64,000 nucleotides of DNA, taken from positions 704,001 through 768,000 of the forward strand of contig CAVRBU010000002.1 in NCBI GenBank assembly GCA_963719315.1, in the 5' to 3' direction. Below are positions 1 through 9,694 of the stretch, piece after piece; the stretch's first letter is position 1; each line of letters begins with the position of its first letter. The position numbers and the translations under genes were made by a program. The stretch is from an uncultured Planctomycetota bacterium (GTDB lineage Bacteria > Planctomycetota > Planctomycetia > Pirellulales > Lacipirellulaceae). The notes below the pieces were generated by a model. That model saw nothing but the letters and a program-made list of their open reading frames with translations. It made no database searches and had not been told where the DNA came from.

Positions 1-187
1 CCCGGATTTTACAACCGTCGCCTGACCGCCGCCATTGGCCCATTGATTCGGTAACTGGGCGCGGATGAGCCAACTAGCGCAACGTCGCATCAATTTGGTA
101 GAATTATGGACTCCTTACCATGCCTGAGGGCTGAATCGTCCGAGACGATTCCGTATCCTTATTGTACCACTATGAGGGCCCGCAAAC

Positions 188-2086
188 ATGTTCTTCTTCT
201 CGTTCAGCCGGCGAATTGCAGTTCTCCTGGTCCTCGCGACCGCGTGTCGGTTTTCTGCAGCCGCGGAAACCCAATCTCTCCCGTGGCAGCGTTCGCCGGA
301 ATTCGAGGAGCAGAGCTTTACGACCACCGTCGAGCCAAAGATCCGCATCCACGTGAATGCGCCCCTTGACGAGAAAGGCCAGCCCGCGCGCGCAACGCGG
401 CTCATCGTATTCGCCCTCCCGAACGGCAACACGCTCGAACAAACACTGGGCTGCCAAATGAAGCCGGGCATGGACTGGCACTTCGACATCCAGCACATTG
501 CGGCCCAAGTGCGGATGCTGCGATCGCTGAAGCCAAGCGAGCGGATCGTGCTCGTATGCGCCAAAGCGCCCGGATTGAGCTGGCCTTTGTTTCGCAAAAA
601 CGTGCCCGACGCCAACGCCAAGATCGGCAAGCTCGTCGATAGTTGGCATGAACAATTCGGTACAAAGAACGCGAAAGTCACGCTCACTGGCCACAGCGGC
701 GGCGGCAGTTTCATGTTCGGCGTCATTGAATCGGCCGACGAAATCCCAGCGTACATCGACCGCATTGCTTTCCTCGATGCCAATTATTCGTTCGACGCGG
801 CCCTGCACGCCAAGAAGATAGAACGCTGGCTCCAAGGCAACGACGAGCGGCGGTTTATCGTCGTTTGCTATGACGATCGCGAGATCACACTCAATGGCAG
901 GAAAGTCGTTGGGTCCGATGGCGGCACGTACCGCGCGACCGGCCGGATGCACGACGCATTCGGCCGCGACTTCAAACTGACTGATTCTGTCCACGAGCCC
1001 TTCCGGGAAACGACCGGGCTCGACGGCCGGATCCACTTCTACTTGCATCCGAACCCCGAAAACAAGATTCTCCACACAGTGCTGGTGGGCGAAATGAACG
1101 GTCTGGTACAGATCGCGACGCTCGGCACGCCGGACGAGGGCAAATGGGGCACGTTCGGCGGGCCGCGGGCATACACGAAGTTCGTGCAAGCGGACCCGAC
1201 GCTGGCGCCCACGCCAACGAATGCTTCGTCACCGGCTAAAGAATCCACGTCGCCCGCGAGCGAGTCCACAAGAAAGCTGCGCTTGTCGCCGCAATCGAGC
1301 TTGCCGCCACGGCCCGCGAATGCGATCGGAGGCAGCGCGTTCGCCAAGAAAGTAGCCGGGCTCGATCTGAAGAAACGGGAAGCAGCAATCCTTCGCGAAA
1401 TCACGGGCGGCAATCTTCCTAATTTCCTGCGGAACTTTAAGACTGTCGAAATTCGAGGTCCGCTAGAGGCTAATAATGGCAGCCGCGAGGTTACTGCAAT
1501 GCTCGAAGTGATGCCCGATTACCTGGCCATCGGCAGCGATACCGCCTTCATCCGGATGCCAATGACGCCGCAAACCGCGCAGCAGATCGCCGACCGTTTT
1601 GGCTGCGTTTTGCCTACGCGCAAGATGGTCGACGCGATCGATGCACAAGCCGAACTCAAGTTAGCGCCCCACCCGATGACGGAAGCCCGCGAAGCGGTCG
1701 CCACATTCGCCGAGCACAACCGAATCATCGAAGTGCAGCGCGGCGACAACCGGCTCGGCCTGCTCACCACCGGCATCAAGAAGGACATCGTCCTCACGCC
1801 GCGGATTTTCGAGAGACCCGCGCGGCTCGCGATCTACGGCTGGCGCCAACTCAACGGCCAGCCGATCCAGCCGCTCACGATCGAGCACTGGAACCAATAT
1901 GTCGATTACAGCCACGGAGTACGACTCGTGCGCGACACGCTCGATCTCAAGGGCAAGAGGGTGAAAATCGACGAGCTCTTGGCCGACCCCGAACGCTGCG
2001 GCTTGGTCAGCGACGAAGGCCCAATGAAACCGCCGCGGTATCCGACGGACTGGAGCGAATCGACACCGTCCCGCTCTGCACGCTAA
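188..2086 (+). CDS. Secreted two-domain hypothetical protein (N-terminal alpha/beta-hydrolase-like domain, Pro/Ser linker, conserved C-terminal domain of unknown function)
   Basis: 632-aa ORF; signal-peptide-like N terminus; nucleophile-elbow motif TGHSGGG followed by AFLDA; linker PTLAPTPTNASSPAKESTSP; C-terminal domain with KKDIV and YVDYSHG motifs. Confidence 0.75.
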   Translation: MFFFSFSRRIAVLLVLATACRFSAAAETQSLPWQRSPEFEEQSFTTTVEPKIRIHVNAPLDEKGQPARATRLIVFALPNGNTLEQTLGCQMKPGMDWHFDIQHIAAQVRMLRSLKPSERIVLVCAKAPGLSWPLFRKNVPDANAKIGKLVDSWHEQFGTKNAKVTLTGHSGGGSFMFGVIESADEIPAYIDRIAFLDANYSFDAALHAKKIERWLQGNDERRFIVVCYDDREITLNGRKVVGSDGGTYRATGRMHDAFGRDFKLTDSVHEPFRETTGLDGRIHFYLHPNPENKILHTVLVGEMNGLVQIATLGTPDEGKWGTFGGPRAYTKFVQADPTLAPTPTNASSPAKESTSPASESTRKLRLSPQSSLPPRPANAIGGSAFAKKVAGLDLKKREAAILREITGGNLPNFLRNFKTVEIRGPLEANNGSREVTAMLEVMPDYLAIGSDTAFIRMPMTPQTAQQIADRFGCVLPTRKMVDAIDAQAELKLAPHPMTEAREAVATFAEHNRIIEVQRGDNRLGLLTTGIKKDIVLTPRIFERPARLAIYGWRQLNGQPIQPLTIEHWNQYVDYSHGVRLVRDTLDLKGKRVKIDELLADPERCGLVSDEGPMKPPRYPTDWSESTPSRSAR

Positions 2087-2544
2087 GGATTCCACCGATA
2101 GCGTCGTTTGGTGCGTAGCCCTTGTGCAATCTGCGATACGTGCGACGGTACCACGATCTCTTCGATTAGGGACGCGCCCAGTTTTTCAATAGTTCGAATT
2201 GACGCGCAGTTGTCTGGGTCGCAGGTGATGACTACAGCGTCGTAAATCGTACGTACAAAAGGAGCGATCGCGCGGCAAGCCTGCAATGCCAAGCCGCGAC
2301 CGCGAAATGCCTCGCCAATTCCAAAGCCGATGTGTCCGGCAAACAGGCGAACATGTTCGGTATCGCCCACACGGAAATTTATGTGACCAACGTCGACTTT
2401 GTCGTCCGCCAGGATACGAAAGTGATAATACGGAACAATTCCGCGCGTGGCATCGCCCGGCACGATATGGCGGAAATGCAGACGCACGTCGCCAAACGCC
2501 AAATGACCTGGCGGTTCTTCCAATAGCTCGGACGGCGCTGACAT
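2083..2544 (-). CDS. GNAT family N-acetyltransferase
   Basis: GHIGFGI..AFRGRGLA and ITCDPDNCASIRTIEKLG acetyl-CoA-binding motifs. Confidence 0.85.
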   Translation of the reverse strand: MSAPSELLEEPPGHLAFGDVRLHFRHIVPGDATRGIVPYYHFRILADDKVDVGHINFRVGDTEHVRLFAGHIGFGIGEAFRGRGLALQACRAIAPFVRTIYDAVVITCDPDNCASIRTIEKLGASLIEEIVVPSHVSQIAQGLRTKRRYRWNP

Positions 2545-2568
2545 GCTTAACGAGCCTGGGTTTGGCGA

Positions 2569-3168
2569 CTATGCGCGTTCGCCAAACGCAAACGCTCCTT
2601 CGCAAATGAATTGCTCGACCGGCTTGCGATCCGTCGGCTTCTCGCGTGCGCGGAGCGGTTCGGGCAACATATTTAGGTTGCCCGGCCGGCCTGCGGCGAA
2701 CATCGCCGCCACGGCATAATCGTCTGGCACTCCGAGCGTCGTACGTGCTTTCTCGAAATCGAAGCCCTGCATGCCGTGCACGACCAGACCCATCGCCGTG
2801 CCTTGCAGGGCGATGTTTTCGAACGCCGCGCCCACATCGAACAGATGCACCGGATTGGGCTTTCCGTTCTGCGAAAACACTTTGTGGGCCACGATCACTG
2901 CCAGCAGCGCCGCATTCTTGCACCAGGCTTGATTGCCTTCCACCAACAAATTGAAGATCGCCGGCCACTGCGGCGTATCGCGCCGCGCATACAGAAACCG
3001 CCATTCCTGCTCATTGTAAGTGGAGGGGGCCCAGCGGGCCGCTTCGAACAGCGTGAGGATTTCGCCCTCGCTGAGCGGTTCGCCACTCATCGCCCGCGGA
3101 CTCCAGCGCTCGACGAAGAGCAATTCAATAGGATGGTCGGCGGTGCGGGATTCTAGTGCGCTTATCAT
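2569..3168 (-). CDS. Nitroreductase family protein
   Basis: RWSPRAM, EAARWAPSTYNEQEWRF, HGMQGFD and terminal RKP motifs. Confidence 0.92.
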   Translation of the reverse strand: MISALESRTADHPIELLFVERWSPRAMSGEPLSEGEILTLFEAARWAPSTYNEQEWRFLYARRDTPQWPAIFNLLVEGNQAWCKNAALLAVIVAHKVFSQNGKPNPVHLFDVGAAFENIALQGTAMGLVVHGMQGFDFEKARTTLGVPDDYAVAAMFAAGRPGNLNMLPEPLRAREKPTDRKPVEQFICEGAFAFGERA

Positions 3169-3267
3169 CTTCGATTCCCTTTTTCAAAATCGGGTGCCAC
3201 TAGCTCTGCCAGTGCTCTCTACCGCGCCACAAATCCGCGGGCAAAGCAACCAGTCCCCCGCCTAGCA

Positions 3268-4605
3268 TTACGGCACCGATTTACGCCATTCCAACAAGGC
3301 TTTTTGCAGCCGCAACGTCACGTCCGGATGATCGGCCGCGATGTTCTTCGTTTCATCTGTGCCAGCCGATAAATCATACAGCTCGAGCGCCTGCCCATCC
3401 AAGTTGCACAGCAGTTTCCAGTCGCCATCACGAATCGCGAGCTGCGGCGAACGATCGAGCGGCTGATTCGGATAGGGAAAGAATTCCTCATTCCGGCCAT
3501 ATTCCCACACCAGCGGCTGCTCGCGGGCGGCCAGCGGTTTGCCTTTGAACGCAGCCGATCGGTCGACTCCGTCGAACGCCACGCCCCGCGGCACGTCGAC
3601 ACCGGCCATGCGGCACAAAGTCGGCAACATGTCCACCGAACCAATCACGGTCGTGTCATCCGTCACGCCGGCCGGCACCACTCCCGGCCACCGCGCGATG
3701 AATGGCAGCCGGATTCCGCCTTCGTACAGGCTGAACTTGCAGCCCCTCAGGCCCTGCGTTCGACCGGCGAGATGCGGATACGGGCCGTTGTCACTCGCAA
3801 AGATCACGAGTGTGTTGTTGTCAATGCCCAGGTCCTTGATGCCTTCCATCAGCCGGCCGATTTGCTCATCCATTTCGGCGATCACCGGCTTCAGGTTTTT
3901 CATGACGTTCTGGTTCTTCTCCTTCATCACCGCCGCGTTCGGAATCCAAGGCGTGTGTACGTCGTCGAACCACAGATTGACAAAACAGGGCGTTTCCTTG
4001 TTGCGCCGCAAGAAATCTAGCGTCTTATCTACAAAGAACTGCGTGCGCTGCCACCGTTTGAACTTGTCCTTGTCCGACCAAATCCAATTCGTGGCCGTGA
4101 TGCCCGGGTCCGGCTCCGGGCTCTCATAAGTGCCCGCATGCTCATCGTACCCATACGCGGCGAATTTCGGCGCGTCGGTCACATCCCGCCCGCCGCCCAA
4201 GTGCCATTTGCCGAAGTGCGCCGTGCGATAACCGGCCTCGTGCAACGCCCGCGGCAGCGACGGCGCTTGCGGATCGAGAAAGTCAACCATCTCCGCACCG
4301 CGATTCCGCTTCTTCTCGGCCAGATAGCTCGTAATCCGCCACCGCGCCGGGAACTGCCCCGTGATCAGCGCACATCGCGACGGCGAACAAATGGGCGACG
4401 CCACATAAAACTGCGTGAACCGCGTTCCTTCAACTGCCAGCCGATCGATATTCGGCGTCGGCACCTGCTGGCCGCCGTAACAGCCGATGTCGCCGGGACC
4501 TAGATCATCGGCCAGAATGAAGATGATATTCGGTCGCGATTCTTCCGCGGCAACCAACCCCGAGGCCGACAACACGACAACTATCAAGCAGATGAGCTTT
4601 TGCAT
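3268..4605 (-). CDS. Formylglycine-dependent (Cys-type) sulfatase, secreted
   Basis: [35 protein letters not shown]; start placed at ATG 4605 (MQKLICL), which begins a signal peptide. Confidence 0.93.
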   Translation of the reverse strand: MQKLICLIVVVLSASGLVAAEESRPNIIFILADDLGPGDIGCYGGQQVPTPNIDRLAVEGTRFTQFYVASPICSPSRCALITGQFPARWRITSYLAEKKRNRGAEMVDFLDPQAPSLPRALHEAGYRTAHFGKWHLGGGRDVTDAPKFAAYGYDEHAGTYESPEPDPGITATNWIWSDKDKFKRWQRTQFFVDKTLDFLRRNKETPCFVNLWFDDVHTPWIPNAAVMKEKNQNVMKNLKPVIAEMDEQIGRLMEGIKDLGIDNNTLVIFASDNGPYPHLAGRTQGLRGCKFSLYEGGIRLPFIARWPGVVPAGVTDDTTVIGSVDMLPTLCRMAGVDVPRGVAFDGVDRSAAFKGKPLAAREQPLVWEYGRNEEFFPYPNQPLDRSPQLAIRDGDWKLLCNLDGQALELYDLSAGTDETKNIAADHPDVTLRLQKALLEWRKSVP

Positions 4606-5096
4606 GTTTGCCAATTTCAGTATCCACGTCTTATTCTCGGACTGCCTTATCTTCGCACTCCTGGTCCGAGCGTCAAGCTCTCGCACATCTCGCTTTTTAT
4701 CCGATGGAACTTTACGCTTGCCCGCATTCAAACCACGTGAAATGCCACCAGTTCCAGGAACTTTTCTCGGCACTTTCTCAGCCCTTGCGTGGATCGTGGC
4801 CGCGAGTGCGGGGCATGATCATCGCGCTGCGATGAATTGCTTGCACCGTTCCGCCCAACCCATTTGGCAGGCATCGGAAAACTGAAGTCGCAAGCGCGGC
4901 GATGTTCGTCAGCCGCAGACATCCGCCACTCGCTATTCCGCGACATGCTGTCGGCCTGCGACCGATCGCCGTGGCGCGCCTCAACGAACTCGCAGCAAAC
5001 GAGAAATAACGTGCGTTGCGTCTGCCGAAACGTGGTAAGCTGATGCGGAATTCGACTCGATCGGTTTGGGCATTGGGGCAGAAGGAGTGGCTAGCC

Positions 5097-5984
5097 ATGA
5101 CATGCCGAAAGCTCGTTCGGTTCTTGGCGTGTGTGGCAACTGTGTTCGGCAGTCTGTGGTGCAACAATCGGGCATTCGGCAAGCCCGTTGTGCTCGAGTC
5201 GGCCGAGCTGGGCACGACGGGTCGGTTCGGCGGCACCAGCGTCACAATCTCGCAATTTGTCGGCTGGCGGTTTCAAACGAACGAGGCGCTAACTGTCGAT
5301 CGCGTCGGCGGTCATCTGCTGTCATTTCCAGATGAGCCGGGCGATATCTTTGCCGCCTTAGTCCGGCTCGGGTCGATCGATTCGGTGCCGCTGGGGGCAC
5401 CCTTTACGGCGGAGGAAGTTATCGCGACGACCACGTTTCGACCCCCCTTCCCCAGCGACGAAGTACTTGTGCCGCTCGCCGCGACGTTGACTCCCGGCAG
5501 TTACTCGCTCGTTCTCGGCACGGGGCTGTTCGGCGCGACGGGCGCTGGGGCTCTGCACAATGGACCCGATCAGCCGGACATTCCGCCCACCGATATCTCG
5601 TCGTTTATTTTCTGGAGTATTCCGACTTTCGGCCAGCCGCCTGAATGGCGATTGAACCTGGCATCGCACATGCGGTTCATCGTTGAGGCACAAGCGGTCA
5701 ACTTGCCGGGCGACTACAACCGAGATGGCCGGGTCGACGCCGCGGACTATGTCGTGTGGCGCATCAACATGGACACGGAATACGCGCTGCCCAACGACCT
5801 GATCGGTGGCACGATTGGGCAAGCGCACTACGATCAGTGGCGAGCACACTTTGGCGAAATGCTGGGCAACGTCAGCGGCTCGGGAACGCACACGAAATCC
5901 GCAGTTCCTGAACCGGCAGCGCTGGCGATGTTCCTCGGCGGAATGCTCGCGATGCTTGGTCGCCGGCGCTCGATTAGATCATGA
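5097..5984 (+). CDS. Secreted protein with dockerin-like/EF-hand repeat and PEP-CTERM sorting signal
   Basis: AAGGAG upstream of ATG 5097; signal peptide; [23 protein letters not shown] followed by a TM segment and RRRS. Confidence 0.88.
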   Translation: MTCRKLVRFLACVATVFGSLWCNNRAFGKPVVLESAELGTTGRFGGTSVTISQFVGWRFQTNEALTVDRVGGHLLSFPDEPGDIFAALVRLGSIDSVPLGAPFTAEEVIATTTFRPPFPSDEVLVPLAATLTPGSYSLVLGTGLFGATGAGALHNGPDQPDIPPTDISSFIFWSIPTFGQPPEWRLNLASHMRFIVEAQAVNLPGDYNRDGRVDAADYVVWRINMDTEYALPNDLIGGTIGQAHYDQWRAHFGEMLGNVSGSGTHTKSAVPEPAALAMFLGGMLAMLGRRRSIRS

Positions 5985-6307
5985 TCTGAACTCCTCGCGC
6001 CGTCCGCGGAATCCGTGCCCGCGGTCGGGGAACGCGTTGGCGGTAAAAAAAGGTTACGCCTGCCTCCGCATACGGGTTGTCGTCCACTTTGCGTTCGATG
6101 TTCGCGTCAACCCCAGCAACAAGAAATCCCGACGGTTCCTAAAACCGCTCTCGGTCAATTTCTGTCAGTCGTACAGGTTTTGAGCCGCGATTCTCCGCAG
6201 CTGCCGAAAAAATTGCCGCTTCCGCGGGTCGCAGTTATGCTATACCCAGCCGTCGACCCGCCCCACTTCCCCATTGGAAAGAGAAGAAGAGAGCGAAAGA
6301 CTTTGTT

Positions 6308-6995
6308 ATGACCGGCCGACGCTGTCCTTTAATCCTCCTCGCCGCCCTCTGGTCACCATTGGCAGCCTACGCTGCCGATGGCACGTGGGCCGTCGCTGCA
6401 TTCGGCAACTGGAGCGATGTCACGAAATGGACGGGCGGCACGGTCGCCAACGGCGCCGATTTCACTGCTTACTTCACGGCGGATATTAGTGGAACCAATC
6501 AAGTGACGGTTGACACCAGCCGGACGATCGGCAACCTGACGTTCAGTTGTACCCAAGGCGGATGCAATTGGAACCTCACGGGCGTCGGCATTCTCACACT
6601 CGAAACCTCCAGCGCTACGCCGACCATCAACCTTTTGAGCGGGCCAGCGAGTGTTGTGAACGTGCTCAGCGGCAGCAATGGCTTACACAAAACTGGTCCC
6701 GGCTCGCTCATTCTGCAAGCTCCAAATATTTACACGGGCGAGACGACTGTAAGTGGCGGGTTTCTCCAATTCCTTTCCGACGCAGCTTTGGGGCACGCTT
6801 CCAACGGGATCACGCTCGACGGCGGAAAGCTCAACCCAGTCTCCAACTACAGCTCGGCCAGGAATATCACGCTTACGATGGCAAGCGGCAACAGCATTTA
6901 TGGCAGCGGCGGCACCAATACTCTGTCCGGAATGATTTCGGGCAGCGGCGAAATTACGTTTACTGGTGGATCGGCGATCATACTCAACGGAACTA
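6308..6995 (+). pseudogene. Autotransporter-associated beta-strand repeat protein, truncated by IS630
   Basis: Signal peptide; GLHKTGPGSLILQAPNIYTGETTVSGG repeat; reading frame runs into the IS630 terminal repeat at 6996; no continuation beyond the IS. Confidence 0.8.
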
Positions 6996-8174
6996 TACCC
7001 TACGCGGCCAGCAATGAGACATCTTCGAATCGCTGAAAGTTGAGCGTCATGAGGGATTTGAGGGGTTCGGCGTGGCGGGTTGCGAGGTCGGCGATTGTTT
7101 CTTGGATGGCGGCTTGAAACTCTTGAAATCCGGGATGGTAACGCCCATAGATGGCCCGCCGCTTGATGAACTTCCAAAGCCGTTCGATGAGGTTCAGGTT
7201 CGGCGAGTAGGAGGGCAGGAACAGCAGCGTGATTTCCAGTTGCGTCGCCAACGCTTGCACCGCGGCGTTACGTTGGTAGCGAGCGTTGTCCAGCACCAAC
7301 GTGATCGGTCCGGCCAGACCGAGGGCAGCGATCTTCCGCAACAGCTCGCACATCGTTTCCGTGTTGACGACCGTGGTGTTGGTCACGCTTACCAGTTCGC
7401 GGGTCACGGCGTTCCAGGCTCCCAGGACATTGAACCGCTGGCGGCCCGAGGCGGCCCGCACGAAGATTCGCGTGAACGACCACAAGCAGCACAGGAACGT
7501 CCCGTACACAAAGTGGGCCGCATCGACGAAGAAGACGTGTCCCCGCCCTCGGGCGGCGGCGTCGAGGCGGGGCTTCAGTTCGAACGTCGTGAAACAGGGC
7601 CTGCGCGGCGACATGCTGGGCCAAGTTTTTTTGGGCGGCACGGGGAGCGCCCGGACCCGCTGCCACTTGAGTCCCATGTCTTTCAGGAACTTGCGAGTTT
7701 GCGACAGTCCCCGCCGCAGGCCGGTCAGTTGGTAAATGCGTTCGCAGGCTTCCGCGGTCGTGCGGACCGGCTGGTTCTCGAACAACGCGCGGATCACGTC
7801 GCGATAGGCGGCCAAGTCGCTCACGGGCCCTTGCACATTCCACCGCCGCAGACCCTCCAACCCGCCATCACGATAGGCCGCAACGTACCGCCCGACGGTC
7901 GCCACTCCGACCCCCGCCAATTTCGCCGCCTGGGATCGCTTCAAACCACACTGCAGCGACCACAACACCAGCATCTTGCGGCGGACATGCGACTCCGGAT
8001 GAGACTCCCGCTCGGCCGCGACAATTCGCTGTTCCTCTTCCGTCAATCGGACTCGAAACCAAGCCATGACAGCCCTCCTTGCCAGCAACACGCCATCCTC
8101 CTCGATGGCGACATAAGGGCCTTGTACAACAAATCAGCTACTCGGGAACAGATCATTTATCCCCACGCAGGGTA
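6996..8174 (-). mobile_element. IS630 family insertion sequence, copy 1 (1179 bp)
   Basis: Imperfect terminal inverted repeats TACCCTACGCGG / TACCCTGCGTGG; TA on both sides (6994-95, 8175-76); near-identical to 42604-43781. Confidence 0.95.
7000..8067 (-). CDS. IS630 family DDE transposase (single frame in this copy)
   Basis: HTH region followed by FFVDAAHF, LVLDNARYQ, LPSYSPNLNLIERLW; stop codon lies inside the terminal repeat. Confidence 0.95.
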   Translation of the reverse strand: MAWFRVRLTEEEQRIVAAERESHPESHVRRKMLVLWSLQCGLKRSQAAKLAGVGVATVGRYVAAYRDGGLEGLRRWNVQGPVSDLAAYRDVIRALFENQPVRTTAEACERIYQLTGLRRGLSQTRKFLKDMGLKWQRVRALPVPPKKTWPSMSPRRPCFTTFELKPRLDAAARGRGHVFFVDAAHFVYGTFLCCLWSFTRIFVRAASGRQRFNVLGAWNAVTRELVSVTNTTVVNTETMCELLRKIAALGLAGPITLVLDNARYQRNAAVQALATQLEITLLFLPSYSPNLNLIERLWKFIKRRAIYGRYHPGFQEFQAAIQETIADLATRHAEPLKSLMTLNFQRFEDVSLLAA

Positions 8175-8264
8175 TAGAACGCCCGAAGACAGACTCAACC
8201 AACCAGCCACAATCGCGACTTTTTCTCGATTCAGCGGTACAGGCCGGCGTTTTGAATTCTTCTT

Positions 8265-8610
8265 GTGACTGACCATTTGCTGCTCGCTGATTACGAAGAA
8301 CTCGGCCCCATGATGGGTCTGGGTGTCCTTGGAGCGTACGCGGTCCTTCTATTGATCGCGGTCGCCTTCCGGGCATTTCGCTCTATCTGGGGAGTGTTGA
8401 TTGGCCTAAATCGCTGCCGCCATCGCATCAACTCCAGCGATCTCTGCCTACGTAGACCTATCGCAATACCCGAATGCAATGCGGCGTCCGTCCATCGTGA
8501 ATCTGTTCTCTTGGACAGCGTGGCTCTTGGCCATTGTGTTGTCGATTCCTTTCATTCAGTTTTGTATCGTTCGAGTACGGGCCAAGTATCGTCACCCACA
8601 AAGACCGTAA
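8265..8610 (+). CDS. Small membrane protein (about 3 TM), apparent 1-bp insertion near 8408
   Basis: Removing one A from CTAAAT at about 8408 extends the hydrophobic N terminus into IAAAIASTPAISAY...WTAWLLAIVLSIPFIQFCIVRVRAKYRHPQRP* (TAA 8608-8610). Confidence 0.5.
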
Positions 8611-8752
8611 CAGTCGCAAAACTTTCATACGCAATTGGATCCCCTGCCGAATTTAGTCTCTTTACACTGGAAGTCGCGCTGAGCGGGACGGCGTGAATTT
8701 GTGGCGCCGTCAGACTTGATAAAGAACGTTTAACAACTGTTTGCACGGAATC

Positions 8753-9205
8753 ATGATGAAACGGTCGGCTATCGTCATTGCGCTGGCCCTGCCCGGTGCC
8801 ATTATCGCCGGCATGTATGGATCGTTGATTGCTGCATTTTCCGGCGATGCCGATCCAACTAAGGCTGCCTTATTGTGTTGGATGGCATGGGGCGCGTTCG
8901 GTGGCGCATGTATTGGAGCCCTTCCCGGATTGATCGTGGGCCTATTTCTCCGCGTGCGCTGGGTCTTTCCGTTCCTTGGTTCTGCGATTGGCGCACTTTA
9001 TGGGCTCGTCGAAGCGTCGGGCGTCCATCTCGCGCATTCCATGTGGATATTCGTCGGAGGGTCACCCCAAGTCCGTTTTATCAACATTGCAGGATATGCG
9101 AACGTCGGTGCCATGGTTTTAGGATTCCTCCTCGGCCTAGTAAGCTGGCACTTACTCACCAATCCTTCGAACCTTGGAACACCCCAGCATGAGCGCTGCG
9201 ATTGA
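8753..9205 (+). CDS. Hypothetical Gly/Ala-rich membrane protein (about 4 TM)
   Basis: Continuous hydrophobic segments containing GxxxG motifs. Confidence 0.65.
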   Translation: MMKRSAIVIALALPGAIIAGMYGSLIAAFSGDADPTKAALLCWMAWGAFGGACIGALPGLIVGLFLRVRWVFPFLGSAIGALYGLVEASGVHLAHSMWIFVGGSPQVRFINIAGYANVGAMVLGFLLGLVSWHLLTNPSNLGTPQHERCD

Positions 9206-9573
9206 GCGAAAAACCATTGAGGAAGCACTCCATATCCGCATACGCATCGCTCGCTGTGGCGGCCTGCTGCTCGATTTGCCTGCTTATGTTTATTGTCAGG
9301 TCATCGGAGGGACGACGACGCATTGCCGTCGAGTTCGGCGTAAGCGATTCCGTCATGCCGCGGTATGGCGAGGTGCTGCATGCGGCCGCGAAGTGGCAGA
9401 TTCGCACAATGCTGGGACTCGCTTTTATTTTCCTTGGGAGCACACTTGCCTTAGCGTTGGGAATTGTCGCGTGGCACGGACGTCCGCAAGTGAAGACGAT
9501 CGCCGCTGCGACTATTTGCCTGAGTCTCCTTGATCTAATGGTTGCGGTGTTTCTCGCTTGGGGGATAAGCTGA
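9202..9573 (+). CDS. Hypothetical membrane protein (about 3 TM)
   Basis: TTG start overlaps the upstream TGA; three hydrophobic stretches. Confidence 0.6.
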   Translation: MSEKPLRKHSISAYASLAVAACCSICLLMFIVRSSEGRRRIAVEFGVSDSVMPRYGEVLHAAAKWQIRTMLGLAFIFLGSTLALALGIVAWHGRPQVKTIAAATICLSLLDLMVAVFLAWGIS

Positions 9574-9694
9574 GTTACTCGGCGCTAAAACTATTCGGAG
9601 CGTTTTCTCTTTCCTGAACTGCAATCAGCCGGGCGATTTTATTTTCTGCCTGGAAAGCCTCCCGCAATGAGTATGGCTGCAAATCAATGACCAG

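Noticed and set aside
6241..6250. TATACCC resembling a third IS630 end
   Set aside because: The match stops after 7 nt; its position upstream of gene 6308 fits a -10-like promoter element better.
7072..8268. 398-aa plus-strand ORF across the IS (and similar long antisense ORFs at 170..1189, 21937..22914, 40735..42081)
   Set aside because: Antisense to well-supported genes; expected in high-GC DNA.
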